Virus record (IMG/VR): IMGVR_UViG_3300029448_008324
Coordinates: 32,001-96,000 of that record
Length of the DNA: 64,000 nucleotides
Origin: a virus
Strand: one strand, 5' to 3'
Of the stretch, positions 9,618 to 19,854 are shown one piece after another. Every line of letters begins with the position of its first letter. Position 1 is the first letter of the stretch. The notes beneath the pieces were generated by a model, which did not search any database, was not told the DNA's origin, and saw only the letters and a list, made by a program, of their open reading frames with translations. A program made the translations under genes and the position numbers.

Positions 9618-11006
9618 ATGGTCTGGCGTAATAACTTTTTAAAACAATTGATTGGCGGAGACACCATGAAAGATTATCAGCATGCCGCCAGATTGTATAC
9701 AGACCAAACATTTAGACTAGCACCAAAAAATAGGTTTTTATATCATGTAGTATTTGATATCAATCCATTGGCAGTAGGCAAATCAATCAATCAAACAGAA
9801 CAACTTGAACTTGGCATGATTGTAAAACGCTGTGACTTGCCTTCATACAATTTCAATGTCGAACAAAAAAACAAATACAACTTCAAAACTTATGTGCAAA
9901 CAGGCATACAATATCAGCCAGTGTCTATTGTGTTGCATGATGACATGGGCGATGTTGCAACGGCATTTTGGAAGTCATATTATCAACATTATATTGTAGA
10001 CACTAATCAATCTGAAAGAGCATACAAAGCTGGTTACAATGATACTGGCGGAATGAAAAGATTTGGTCTTGACACAGGCAACAAAGAAAAGTTTTTTACT
10101 TCTATTTCTATTTTCCAATTAAGCAGAGGACTGTTTACAGAATATAAAATGATGAATCCAATTGTTAACGATTGGGCAAACGGATCAATGGACCAGGGAG
10201 ATGGTGCAGGAGTAAACGAACATGCATTTTCTATCTCCTATTCAGGCGTGTTGATGCGTAATGGTGAGATAGGTGTTGATCCGGCAGGCTTTGCACAGTT
10301 TCATTATGATAAAACTCCATCTCCAAATTCAACAGGAGGGGATAGTGTATTTGGTGTGCTTGGCGGTATAACAAAAACAGCAAGTCTGTTAGGATCAGGC
10401 AACATATTCGGAGCTGGCTTGTCAGCACTTAACACATATGAAAAAATAAAATCAGGTAGAGCAACAAGGGGACTTAACGAGGAAATCATAGGCATAGCCA
10501 AAGACGCCATAAAAGCAGGCACAAACAACATTGGCGCTACCTCTAAGCCTGGTGTATCTTTTCCAAAAAATTTAAAACAAAAAAGAGCAAACGACAAACA
10601 GACTGTCAAAGCAGTGGGCCAAACCATTGTGTCTGATGAAAACATATTGCTGAATTCAACACAAGCAAAAATTTATCTCGAAAATAATTTTGATGCAAAA
10701 CAAAAATTTGCAAAATTTACAAGTTTTAGAATTGATTCGAACTTAGACGTAAATGATGTAGACACTGAATGGAGTCAGTTGACTGAATCCGAACAAAATT
10801 CATATCTAAATAATGCTGGCAATATAATAGGAGTGCTTATCAACAGTGAGCAACTGAAGTATCAAGTGAATAGAAATGAATATCAAAAATTTGTAGAAGC
10901 TCCGCTTGCTGAACAAACAGTGGCCACAGTGAATCTTAACAATTCCGGTTCTGACAAAGGACTTTCAGCAAATACCTTGACAGGAGCAAAAGGTTACACA
11001 TACTAA
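9618..11006 (+). CDS. Tail-tube-fold baseplate / tube initiator protein (gp48/gp54-like)
   Basis: N-terminal tube-like domain (CDLPSYNF...YQPVSIVLHDD); late promoter; tail context. Confidence 0.55.
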   Translation: MVWRNNFLKQLIGGDTMKDYQHAARLYTDQTFRLAPKNRFLYHVVFDINPLAVGKSINQTEQLELGMIVKRCDLPSYNFNVEQKNKYNFKTYVQTGIQYQPVSIVLHDDMGDVATAFWKSYYQHYIVDTNQSERAYKAGYNDTGGMKRFGLDTGNKEKFFTSISIFQLSRGLFTEYKMMNPIVNDWANGSMDQGDGAGVNEHAFSISYSGVLMRNGEIGVDPAGFAQFHYDKTPSPNSTGGDSVFGVLGGITKTASLLGSGNIFGAGLSALNTYEKIKSGRATRGLNEEIIGIAKDAIKAGTNNIGATSKPGVSFPKNLKQKRANDKQTVKAVGQTIVSDENILLNSTQAKIYLENNFDAKQKFAKFTSFRIDSNLDVNDVDTEWSQLTESEQNSYLNNAGNIIGVLINSEQLKYQVNRNEYQKFVEAPLAEQTVATVNLNNSGSDKGLSANTLTGAKGYTY

Positions 11007-11434
11007 TGGCTGAATACAGTGCAAACAACAGCAATGGGCAACTTGGTAATAGTTCTTCAGCAACCAGGACCCCTGTCAGCAATTTAGGTGTTGGAAGTTC
11101 TAACACTGAATCATTGGTCCAGTTTTTAAGCGGAATAGAAAGAGATCGCACAGAACTTAATGGAGCACAATATGATGCTGTGCAGGCATTTTTTAGTAAT
11201 AGAGGTTACGCCGTTGAGTCCAGTAAGTCAATTGCTTATGTGTTAATGAAACAAGCCAAAGTTGATGGAGCCAATGTTTTTGATGTTATAGACACATTGC
11301 AAGGATCAACTGATCTTGAACTTTCGCAACTGGTAGCAGAAATATTGAATGCCTACAGATATAAAACTTCAGTGTTAGGGTTTAAAAATGATAGAACCAC
11401 ACAGAGTCATGTCACAAGAAACATAAAGGCATAA
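11006..11434 (+). CDS. Putative virion/baseplate protein
   Basis: 142-aa ORF coupled within the tail operon. Confidence 0.5.
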   Translation: MAEYSANNSNGQLGNSSSATRTPVSNLGVGSSNTESLVQFLSGIERDRTELNGAQYDAVQAFFSNRGYAVESSKSIAYVLMKQAKVDGANVFDVIDTLQGSTDLELSQLVAEILNAYRYKTSVLGFKNDRTTQSHVTRNIKA

Positions 11435-11857
11435 ATGAACCGTTGGTCCCAAGGATTGTTCCAACCAAAAAATACAAACAAATATGTTGGTAAAAAAACA
11501 CCAAAATATAGATCTTCTTGGGAGTTTGCATTTATGCGATTCTGCGACAACAATCCAGGAGTCATGCAATGGGCATCTGAATCAATACAAATTCCATACC
11601 GTAATCCTTTGAATGGTAAAAACACGATATATGTGCCTGATTTTTTTGTTGTGTATCAAGACAAGACAGGCAAAAGACAAGGTGAATTGATTGAAGTTAA
11701 ACCAAATAATCAAGCCAAACTAGAAAGTGTAGGCAAAAATAAACAAAATCAAGCCGCATACATTGTGAATCGAGCCAAATGGGAAGCTGCCAACAAATGG
11801 GCCAAAGGAAAAGGTATTCGGTTTAGGGTGATCACTGAGAGCGATATCTTTAAATAA
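11435..11857 (+). CDS. Head completion nuclease (T4 gp4-like, PD-(D/E)xK)
   Basis: KYVG..YRSSWE..FM.FCD...WASE..IPY...YVPDF...IEVKP...KW.AA. Confidence 0.9.
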   Translation: MNRWSQGLFQPKNTNKYVGKKTPKYRSSWEFAFMRFCDNNPGVMQWASESIQIPYRNPLNGKNTIYVPDFFVVYQDKTGKRQGELIEVKPNNQAKLESVGKNKQNQAAYIVNRAKWEAANKWAKGKGIRFRVITESDIFK

Positions 11858-11861
11858 GATT

Positions 11862-12023
11862 ATGCCAGTGGAATACATACAACTTACACGCTTGCAAAAA
11901 CTAGAAATATTAGAAGCACAAGAAGTCACAAATGATAGAAGACAGGCTCGCAAGAAGAAACATGTAGCCAAACGCAAAGGGAGATTCGATTGCAGGACTG
12001 GGAGACCAGGCAAATCAAAATGA
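11862..12023 (+). CDS. Small basic protein, 53 aa (missed by ORF track)
   Basis: MPVEYIQLTRLQ...RRQARKKKHVAKRKGRFDCRTGRPGKSK; TAAATA 5 nt upstream; ATGA overlap with the next gene. Confidence 0.6.
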   Translation: MPVEYIQLTRLQKLEILEAQEVTNDRRQARKKKHVAKRKGRFDCRTGRPGKSK

Positions 12024-12517
12024 CCAAAAAATTAGAAGATCTTTTCAACTTAGATGCAACTGAAGACACTGTAGAATCAATGAAAGATAAGATTGAACTT
12101 GAACAAGACTCAAAGGATGATAAACAAGCCAACGAAATGATACAACAAAAACTTGGACTAGACAAGATCGACGCAGCTTTACCACAAGTGGATGGACTGC
12201 AAGATGACAAAGAAATTGATTCATATGCAGAAGAATCCTTCAAAGCGTATCAAGATCTCATGGACTTAGGCATGAACATAGAGCCTAGATTAGCGGGTAG
12301 AATAATGGAGGTAGCATCTTCTATGATGGGCAATGCTATAAATGCCAAAAATTTAAAGGTTGATAAAAAACTTAAAATGATTGAATTACAACTTAAAAAA
12401 ATGAAACTGGATCAAAATTCAGGAGATGACGAAGCAGTCACCGGCACAGGCACTGTGGTTGCAGATCGCAATGAACTTATAAAACAGATACTTGCATCTA
12501 AGAACAAAACTAAATAA
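12020..12517 (+). CDS. Probable terminase small subunit (gp16-like)
   Basis: Helical protein (YQDLMDLGMN..PR...EVA) upstream of terL; start moved to ATG 12020. Confidence 0.55.
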   Translation: MTKKLEDLFNLDATEDTVESMKDKIELEQDSKDDKQANEMIQQKLGLDKIDAALPQVDGLQDDKEIDSYAEESFKAYQDLMDLGMNIEPRLAGRIMEVASSMMGNAINAKNLKVDKKLKMIELQLKKMKLDQNSGDDEAVTGTGTVVADRNELIKQILASKNKTK

Positions 12518-12523
12518 TACACT

Positions 12524-13141
12524 ATGAAAACATTCAAAGAATATCTTGCAGAAGCAGTTAAAACTTACATGGCCCGCATCAAAGTTGCTGGCGAATTACC
12601 AGAAAATTTTGAAACAAATCTTAAAAATTACATGACAAAATACGAAACAGTTGAATTTAAAAAGGTTGCTTCAACACCAGTGCAAGAACATCCACATGAA
12701 TTTACAAGACTCAAGAATGTTGAAGTCAGCATATTTGACGTTGAAACAGAATACCCTGTTGGCTATCAGCAGTTAGAATCAGTGTTGCAAGACGCATTTG
12801 GCATTGCTGGCGATCATATTAGAGTGAAACATCCAACAGATCCAACAGAAATTAAGCCTGAAGAAAAAGAGTATGAGCCTAAACTGACAGACGCTGAATA
12901 CAAAGATGACACTGCGGCTGACAAGCCATTGTATGGTGACGAATACAACATGTCCATGTTTAAGGAACTTATGGCTGATCGCAAAACTCCTGATACGGAG
13001 TTTGACAATGAGGCAAACAAAGGCACTGGCGACATAATACAACCAAAAGAAGAATCTCCAAAAGATACATTTCACAAAGGCTTTGAACTGAAACAGTCAG
13101 ATGGTTATTCAGGTTCTTCACTTACCAACCACTCCAAATAA
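12524..13141 (+). CDS. Probable internal head / prohead protein
   Basis: N-terminus MKTFKEYLAE resembles the T4 capsid-targeting sequence; late promoter. Confidence 0.55.
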   Translation: MKTFKEYLAEAVKTYMARIKVAGELPENFETNLKNYMTKYETVEFKKVASTPVQEHPHEFTRLKNVEVSIFDVETEYPVGYQQLESVLQDAFGIAGDHIRVKHPTDPTEIKPEEKEYEPKLTDAEYKDDTAADKPLYGDEYNMSMFKELMADRKTPDTEFDNEANKGTGDIIQPKEESPKDTFHKGFELKQSDGYSGSSLTNHSK

Positions 13142-13159
13142 TAATCCGTAAATACAAGT

Positions 13160-14740
13160 ATGGGACAGAGTCTTCAAGGTAATCTTACCAAAAAAGCACA
13201 CGCAAAAATAAAATTTACTGAACAGCAGATTCTTGAACTTAATAAATGCATGGATCCAAAAACAGGTCCTCTATACTTTTGCAAAAATTATTGTATGATT
13301 CAACATCCAACTAAAGGCTCGATGAAGTTTGAAATGTACAAATATCAAGAAGGATTAGTTGCAACATATCACGACAACAGGTTTGCAATTGCAATGTTAC
13401 CAAGACAAACAGGCAAAACAACTTGTGCCGCGGCATATCTTGTGTGGTATGCAATGTTTGTGCCTGATTCACAAATACTAATTGCCGCACATAAATTTAC
13501 AGGCGCACAAGATATTATGAATAGAGTGCGTTATACATATGAAGCACTGCCTGATTTTCTAAGAGCAGGTGCATATTCTTACAATAGAAACACACTTGAA
13601 TTCGACAACGGTTCAAGAATAAAAGCAACCACAACAACAGAAAACACAGGTAGAGGTATGTCTCTTTCTGTAATTTACTGTGATGAGTTTGCGTTTGTGC
13701 AACCGCCTAGCAAGGCATCTGAGTTTTGGACTTCATTGGCTCCAACACTGGCCACAGGTGGTAAGTGTATCATCACATCAACGCCCAACTCAGACGAAGA
13801 TCAGTTTGCACTGATATGGAAAGAAGCTAACAAACGCATGGACGATTATGGCAACGAATTGGCTGTGGGCAAAAACGGATTTGCTCCATTCAGAGCATCA
13901 TGGAGTGAACATCCTGAACGCACAGAAAAATGGGCACGTGAAGAAAGAGCAAGAATAGGAGAAGAAAGATTTAGACGTGAGCATGACTGCGAATTTTTGA
14001 TATATGACGAAACATTGATCAAAGCAACTAAATTGGCAGACTTACAAGGCGTCGAACCAATGGAAAGACACGGCCATGTGCGGTGGTATAAAAAGATTCA
14101 AAAAAGCAAAGCATACATTGTGTCACTAGATCCATCCATGGGCACAGGTGGCGACTATGGTGCCATTCAGGTGTATGAATTACCCACTATGACTCAGGTT
14201 GCTGAATGGCAACACAATTCAACACCTATACAAGGACAAGTCAGGATCTTGAAAACAATCATTGACAAAATTAGCGAAGACTTAAAAGCTGATGGCATTG
14301 TGCAACCTGAAATATATTATTCAATTGAAAACAACTCTATAGGAGAAGCAGGATTAGTTGCTATATCTGACATTGGTGAAGAAAACATTCCCGGACAGAT
14401 GTTGTCAGAAACCATTAAGAAAGGACATGTGCGTAGATTTAGAAAAGGTTACAACACCACACACAACTCCAAAATGAGTGCTTGTGCCAAACTTAAACAG
14501 ATGGTTGAAAACGATTCTATGGTAATACAATCCAAGAATCTTGTGTCAGAACTTAAAAATTTTGTGGCATCTGGCAATTCCTTCAAAGCAAAACCCGGTG
14601 AGCATGACGATCTTGTGATGTCCACCATACTTGCTGTGCGTATGGCGTCAACAATATCATCTTGGGACCAAAAATTGTTCGAAAGACTGCGTGATTCTGA
14701 GGAAGAACTGATCATGCCCATGCCTATTGTGATGTCATAA
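13160..14740 (+). CDS. terL: Terminase large subunit (gp17-like), no intein
   Basis: Walker A PRQTGKT, GRG, Walker B IYCDEFAF, TSTPN; nuclease motifs LDPSMG and HDDLVM. Confidence 0.95.
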   Translation: MGQSLQGNLTKKAHAKIKFTEQQILELNKCMDPKTGPLYFCKNYCMIQHPTKGSMKFEMYKYQEGLVATYHDNRFAIAMLPRQTGKTTCAAAYLVWYAMFVPDSQILIAAHKFTGAQDIMNRVRYTYEALPDFLRAGAYSYNRNTLEFDNGSRIKATTTTENTGRGMSLSVIYCDEFAFVQPPSKASEFWTSLAPTLATGGKCIITSTPNSDEDQFALIWKEANKRMDDYGNELAVGKNGFAPFRASWSEHPERTEKWAREERARIGEERFRREHDCEFLIYDETLIKATKLADLQGVEPMERHGHVRWYKKIQKSKAYIVSLDPSMGTGGDYGAIQVYELPTMTQVAEWQHNSTPIQGQVRILKTIIDKISEDLKADGIVQPEIYYSIENNSIGEAGLVAISDIGEENIPGQMLSETIKKGHVRRFRKGYNTTHNSKMSACAKLKQMVENDSMVIQSKNLVSELKNFVASGNSFKAKPGEHDDLVMSTILAVRMASTISSWDQKLFERLRDSEEELIMPMPIVMS

Positions 14741-14748
14741 ATACTGTA

Positions 14749-16350
14749 ATGGACCTCAATCTAGTTTCCCAAGATCTATTTGATGAATTAAAATCACGAT
14801 ACAGTCACCTTACAATTGGTGATGAAGAAGCAATGACCACAACAGATCCACAAGTGGCACGTTTTTTCAAGTTTGATTGGAACAATAACGCTGTCAGCAT
14901 ATCAATTGACGAAGAAAATTTGCGTTTGGTATACAACAAAGATCTTGCAAATGAACTAGATGAAGAAGGACAACAGTCATGGTATGATTTTGCACGCACT
15001 ATGCGTGAATTTGCTGTGACCCATAATTTAGGATTCAAGCCACAAGACATTGAAAAAGTTGATTTAGAACAAGGAGACTTTGAATTCTTATCTCAAGTAA
15101 ATACAGTGAAGGAAAGCACAATGCACGGCACATCAAAATCATCTTACAACAAACTAGACAAAACCAAAATGATCATTCGTCACAGCAAAGCAGTAGACGA
15201 AAGCATTCCTGGAGCAAGATCAAGAAACATTGATTGCATATTCATTGAAAATGCACAAGGTGAGCGTTTCCGTTTTCCTTTCAACTATCTACATGGTGCA
15301 AGAGCCATGCAGATGCACGTGGCCAAAGGCGGCAATCCATATGATGGCATTGGTGAATCCATTGTAGAACAAGTGGCCAACATTGCTTTATTGAGAAAAT
15401 TCACATCATATGCCAACAAGATGAACATGGTCGACGAAAACACAGAACCATATCTCACAGGCGCTAATCAAAAAATTAAAGACACCAAAAAACTTTTAAC
15501 AAGATTACAAAACAACAACACTTATGAATCAGCCACTGAGGAACTTGAAAGTGGCAACAAACTGCACGAAGATGATGTGCAACCATTGGTAAAGTTGTTC
15601 ACCAAAGAAGTGTTTGATGAGGATTTGATCGAAGCATTCAAATTGTTGCCTGTTGTTGAATTTGATGACGAAGACAGCAAAGACAGAAAAGATATTATGA
15701 CGCAGGCATCAACAGCATCAAGATATGCTGAGTATGTTGACAACTGGGTGTCAGATCCAAAATCAACATTGATTCTTAAAAAAGATGATTCCTATGATGC
15801 ACTGCAAAACAATTTAAGATCACAACAAAAAGAGACTGATCTAAAATTAATGACCATACTGAGAGACATTGCTACAAGATTTATATCAGCAGATCCACAG
15901 GATGATTCTATTGTAAACTTTGCTTCAGACATGGAGTCACAGATTTCACAAGCAGGCGAATTGTTTGCCAAGCCAGATCCTGAAACAAAGAGATTGAAAG
16001 GCACTGCTATTAAATTGGCCAACAAGTATCTACAAGATATGAAACGTATTAAACAAGACGATGCCTACAAAGATGAAGTGAGAAAATCACCAGAGGACAT
16101 CAAAGCATTTAAAAACATCAAAGGCCAGGATGTAGCAAAAGGCAAACTTGCCAAACAATACAAAAGAAAATACAAAGATGAGTCCGAACAGTTCGAAGCA
16201 TGGGCAATAGCACAAACTGAAATGTTGGAGAGCACCCTAGATGAAGAAGACATTAAGCAGTCTGAATATCAAGATGCTTTTGCAAAACCACAGAAAAGTG
16301 CTGACACCAATAACATAATCAACCTCCATAGAAAATTAGCAGACATATAA
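14749..16350 (+). CDS. Late (probably head) structural protein
   Basis: 533 aa, late promoter; IFIENAQGERFRFPF..GARAM..HV..GG.PYD. Confidence 0.6.
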   Translation: MDLNLVSQDLFDELKSRYSHLTIGDEEAMTTTDPQVARFFKFDWNNNAVSISIDEENLRLVYNKDLANELDEEGQQSWYDFARTMREFAVTHNLGFKPQDIEKVDLEQGDFEFLSQVNTVKESTMHGTSKSSYNKLDKTKMIIRHSKAVDESIPGARSRNIDCIFIENAQGERFRFPFNYLHGARAMQMHVAKGGNPYDGIGESIVEQVANIALLRKFTSYANKMNMVDENTEPYLTGANQKIKDTKKLLTRLQNNNTYESATEELESGNKLHEDDVQPLVKLFTKEVFDEDLIEAFKLLPVVEFDDEDSKDRKDIMTQASTASRYAEYVDNWVSDPKSTLILKKDDSYDALQNNLRSQQKETDLKLMTILRDIATRFISADPQDDSIVNFASDMESQISQAGELFAKPDPETKRLKGTAIKLANKYLQDMKRIKQDDAYKDEVRKSPEDIKAFKNIKGQDVAKGKLAKQYKRKYKDESEQFEAWAIAQTEMLESTLDEEDIKQSEYQDAFAKPQKSADTNNIINLHRKLADI

Positions 16351-16949
16351 TGAATTTAAATGAATTTTTCCACACACTTGATTTACAAGTTAACGAAGAG
16401 ATTCCATCAAGTGGAACATACATACACACACCGCAGAACTTGATTCTGAAACCAGATGGCGACAGCATATATGACGATGACAAAAATAATCCATCAGAGG
16501 TCAATGTATCAAAAATTGAAATTGGATTAGACAACGACGGCCCAGATAACATTTATCATTTTATGGGTGTGTATCATGATGCAGGCACTTGGGAACTTTA
16601 CACAGACAACGGTATTACAAGACAGTTAGCAGAATATTTTGGTGTTAGAGATGGCGACATTGACTGGTCAGAACAGGGCGAGCAACAAGAAGATATGATG
16701 CATTTTGACATAGCATCTGATCAAATTGCTGGACAACTAATCACATCAATGAACAAAAAGTTCACAGCTGAAAGTGGCATCATGTACAGGGCAGGAGTGA
16801 AAAAATACGGCAAAGAAGGCATGAGGAAAATACAAAGTGCCGCGGGCAAAGGTGCAAGTGCAGAAGAAATTGGTGCTATCAAAGATAAGCACAATAAGAA
16901 AAAAGTAAAAGAACTGGATGATCTATTAAGATTATCAGGCATAAAATAA
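16350..16949 (+). CDS. Hypothetical late protein with acidic N-domain and basic C-terminal module
   Basis: KKYGKEGMRKIQ... module, ends LLRLSGIK; coupled to the upstream gene. Confidence 0.55.
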   Translation: MNLNEFFHTLDLQVNEEIPSSGTYIHTPQNLILKPDGDSIYDDDKNNPSEVNVSKIEIGLDNDGPDNIYHFMGVYHDAGTWELYTDNGITRQLAEYFGVRDGDIDWSEQGEQQEDMMHFDIASDQIAGQLITSMNKKFTAESGIMYRAGVKKYGKEGMRKIQSAAGKGASAEEIGAIKDKHNKKKVKELDDLLRLSGIK

Positions 16950-16952
16950 TTC

Positions 16953-16981
16953 TTGACAGAATAAACAAGTTTGTGTATTAT
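16953..16981 (+). promoter_or_regulatory. sigma70-type promoter for gp32
   Basis: TTGACA-N17-TATTAT; AAGGAGG Shine-Dalgarno (SD) downstream. Confidence 0.75.
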
Positions 16982-17028
16982 ACAAACTACAGTGATACAC
17001 ACTAGGCAAACAAAAGGAGGCTTACATT

Positions 17029-18018
17029 ATGGCAACACTGGCTGATATAAGAGCCAAACTCCAGGCTCAAAGTTCTAAACCACAAGGTGAAGGACAAATT
17101 GGAGACAACGCAATATATCCACATTGGAATATTCCCGAAAACACAGAAGCAGTACTTAGGTTCTTACCAGACAAGGATCCAAACAATACTTTTTTCTGGA
17201 CTGAAAGAGCAATGATTAAACTGCCTTTCAATTCAATCAAAGGAGATGCAACATCAGGTCCTGTAATGGTGCAAATACCATGCATGGAAATGTATGGTGA
17301 TGCATGTCCGATACTTGCAGAAGTAAGACAATGGTTCAAAGACAAATCATTAGAAGACTTAGGCAGGAAATATTGGAAGAAGCGTTCTTACATCTTCCAA
17401 GGATTTGTATCTACATCTCCACTACAAGAAGATGCACCAGAAAATCCAATTAGAAGATTTATCATTGGTCCACAGATCTTTAACATTATAAAGTCTGCAT
17501 TAATGGATCCTGAGATGGAAGATCTTCCAACAGACTACACCAGAGGTGTTGACTTTAGAATCAACAAAACTACAAAAGGTGGTTATGCTGACTATTCAAC
17601 ATCAAAATGGTCAAGAAAAACTTCTCCATTGACTGAAGAACAAAACAAATCCATTGAAACACATGGTTTACACAATCTTGGTGACTTCCTTCCTAAGAAG
17701 CCAGGCGAAGTGGAAATTAAAGTGATGGAAGAAATGTTCCGAGCATCAGTGGATGGTGAGCCCTATGACGCAGAAAAGTATTCACAGTACTTTAGGCCTG
17801 CAGGACTTAAAGCGCCTGTCACAGGCAGTGGCACAGTGGCACAGCCACAGCCACAAGCAGTAAAAGTAGAAACTGCACAACCAACTGTGACTGCGACACC
17901 CGAGCCTGCTCCGGCTCCACAACCAGAACAACCTTTAGAACAACCTGCCGCAACAAACGGTAGTAATTCCAAAGCAGAAGATATTCTGGCAATGATCAGA
18001 GCAAGACAACAAAAATAA
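17029..18018 (+). CDS. Single-stranded DNA-binding protein (T4 gp32-like)
   Basis: LRFLPD, CP, YWKKRSY, IIGPQIF, GYADYSTSKW; P/Q-rich linker. Confidence 0.9.
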   Translation: MATLADIRAKLQAQSSKPQGEGQIGDNAIYPHWNIPENTEAVLRFLPDKDPNNTFFWTERAMIKLPFNSIKGDATSGPVMVQIPCMEMYGDACPILAEVRQWFKDKSLEDLGRKYWKKRSYIFQGFVSTSPLQEDAPENPIRRFIIGPQIFNIIKSALMDPEMEDLPTDYTRGVDFRINKTTKGGYADYSTSKWSRKTSPLTEEQNKSIETHGLHNLGDFLPKKPGEVEIKVMEEMFRASVDGEPYDAEKYSQYFRPAGLKAPVTGSGTVAQPQPQAVKVETAQPTVTATPEPAPAPQPEQPLEQPAATNGSNSKAEDILAMIRARQQK

Positions 18019-18023
18019 AGCAT

Positions 18024-18045
18024 ATGGGGGTAGCAATACCCCCAT
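18024..18045 (+). terminator. GC-rich hairpin with GCAA tetraloop, no U-tract
   Basis: ATGGGGGTA-GCAA-TACCCCCAT. Confidence 0.55.
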
Positions 18046-18073
18046 TGACACAAAGTTGTTTAGAACATATAAT
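18045..18073 (+). promoter_or_regulatory. Consensus sigma70 promoter for uvsX
   Basis: TTGACA-N17-TATAAT. Confidence 0.85.
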
Positions 18074-18090
18074 ACAGGAGAGGAACAAAC

Positions 18091-19203
18091 ATGGTCAAAC
18101 CATTTGATGTAACAAAATTTAGAAAGTCAATTACAAAGTCAATTGACGGATTAGGCATAGGATTCAATGATCCTACAGATTGGATTTCAACAGGAAATCA
18201 TGCACTTAACTATCTAATTTCTGGTGATTTTTATAAAGGAATTCCACTTGGCAAAGTGACTGTGTTTGCAGGCGAATCAGGATCTGGCAAATCATACATT
18301 TGCTCAGGCAATATTATTAGAGAAGCACAAAAACAAGACATATTTGTAATACTTGTTGATTCCGAAAATGCACTTGATGAAGCATGGCTCAAAGCAGTTG
18401 GCGTAGACACAGCAGAAGACAAACTGCTAAGATTGGGCATGAGCATGATAGATGATGTTGCAAAGACTATATCCAACTTTGTAAAAGAATATAAGACAGA
18501 TTATGGTGACAAAGAACCTGAAGACAGACCAAAAGTATTATTTGTGCTTGATTCATTAGGCATGATGATGACTCCTACTGATGTTGACCAGTTTAACAAA
18601 GGTGACATGAAAGGTGACTTAGGTAGAAAACCCAAAGCCTTAACAGCACTTGTAAGAAATTGTGTAAACATGTTTGGTTCTTTGAATGTAGGCATGGTAG
18701 CAACCAATCATACATATGCATCACAAGACATGTTTGATCCAGATGATAAGATATCCGGCGGACAAGGATTTGTTTATGCATCTTCAATTGTGGTTGCAAT
18801 GAAAAAACTTAAATTAAAAGAAGATGAAGCAGGCAATAAAATTACAGATGTAAGAGGAATCAGAGCCGCCTGTAAAGTAATGAAAACAAGATTTGCAAAA
18901 CCGTTCGAAGGAGTGCAACTTAAGATTCCATATGAAACAGGAATGGATCCTTATTCCGGATTATTAGACCTTTTTGAAAAGAAAGGCCTAATTCAACAGC
19001 AAGGTAACCGTTTGAAATACATAACAGCAACTGGAAAAGAGTTGCTTGACTATAGAAAAGCATGGGGCAAGGACAATCTTGAAATTGTCATGCAAGAGGT
19101 AAGTAATCAGGTTACATTAGATGAACATGCAACACCAGAAATAAACTTAAATGAAGAAGAAGCAACACAAAAAATAGACAATGGAGACACAGATGCTAAT
19201 TGA
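18091..19203 (+). CDS. uvsX: RecA-like recombinase UvsX
   Basis: GESGSGKS, DSENA, VLDSLG, TNHTY, ISGG, KTRF.KP. Confidence 0.92.
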   Translation: MVKPFDVTKFRKSITKSIDGLGIGFNDPTDWISTGNHALNYLISGDFYKGIPLGKVTVFAGESGSGKSYICSGNIIREAQKQDIFVILVDSENALDEAWLKAVGVDTAEDKLLRLGMSMIDDVAKTISNFVKEYKTDYGDKEPEDRPKVLFVLDSLGMMMTPTDVDQFNKGDMKGDLGRKPKALTALVRNCVNMFGSLNVGMVATNHTYASQDMFDPDDKISGGQGFVYASSIVVAMKKLKLKEDEAGNKITDVRGIRAACKVMKTRFAKPFEGVQLKIPYETGMDPYSGLLDLFEKKGLIQQQGNRLKYITATGKELLDYRKAWGKDNLEIVMQEVSNQVTLDEHATPEINLNEEEATQKIDNGDTDAN

Positions 19204-19402
19204 TGTTTGGGGTTTGATGAAATCATACGTGTCTGCAAAGGACAAATCGATTGTTGCAGAAAAATTTGTTGACATTGCCATGGACAATGGTGTGCAAGAC
19301 GAAGAACTTAAAGAACTAATTGGACATGACGACGAACTAGATGAAGCAATCCGTTACAATCTAGACATAGAAGAAGACGAAGAAGACTATGAGGACGCAT
19401 GA
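19181..19402 (+). CDS. Small acidic hypothetical protein
   Basis: Coupled between uvsX and uvsY. Confidence 0.7.
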   Translation: METQMLIDVWGLMKSYVSAKDKSIVAEKFVDIAMDNGVQDEELKELIGHDDELDEAIRYNLDIEEDEEDYEDA

Positions 19403-19854
19403 ATTGGTTCTCAATAGTTACACAAGATGTCACTAAAATTGCAGATGCAATTGCATACTACGAAAAAGAACTTAATTCAGCATCCATAGAAGTTAAACTA
19501 CACGGAAATCTTGAAAAACAATCAGCATCTATGCCTGGTGTTGTAGAAGCACGTTTTAGACAACTGCAAGAAATCGAAGGCATACTCAAACACCTTGAAA
19601 TACAAGCACGTAGACTCAAAACAAAACACTACAAAAAATATCTAGAAAACTATCAAAGAGCACTAACATCTCGCGATGCAGAAAAGTATGCAGAAGGTGA
19701 AGATGAAGTGTGTGACTATGAAGCCATTGTGAATGAATGGGCACTGCTCCGCAACAAGTGGCTGGGTGTGATCAAAGCACTGGATCAAAAACAATGGCAC
19801 ATCACCAACATAGTAAAACTTAGAGTTGCTGGCATGGAAGATGCCAATCTCTAG
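19399..19854 (+). CDS. uvsY: Recombination mediator UvsY-like
   Basis: Helical 151 aa (ALTSRDAEKY...K.W.I.NIVKLR.AG) next to uvsX. Confidence 0.75.
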   Translation: MNWFSIVTQDVTKIADAIAYYEKELNSASIEVKLHGNLEKQSASMPGVVEARFRQLQEIEGILKHLEIQARRLKTKHYKKYLENYQRALTSRDAEKYAEGEDEVCDYEAIVNEWALLRNKWLGVIKALDQKQWHITNIVKLRVAGMEDANL

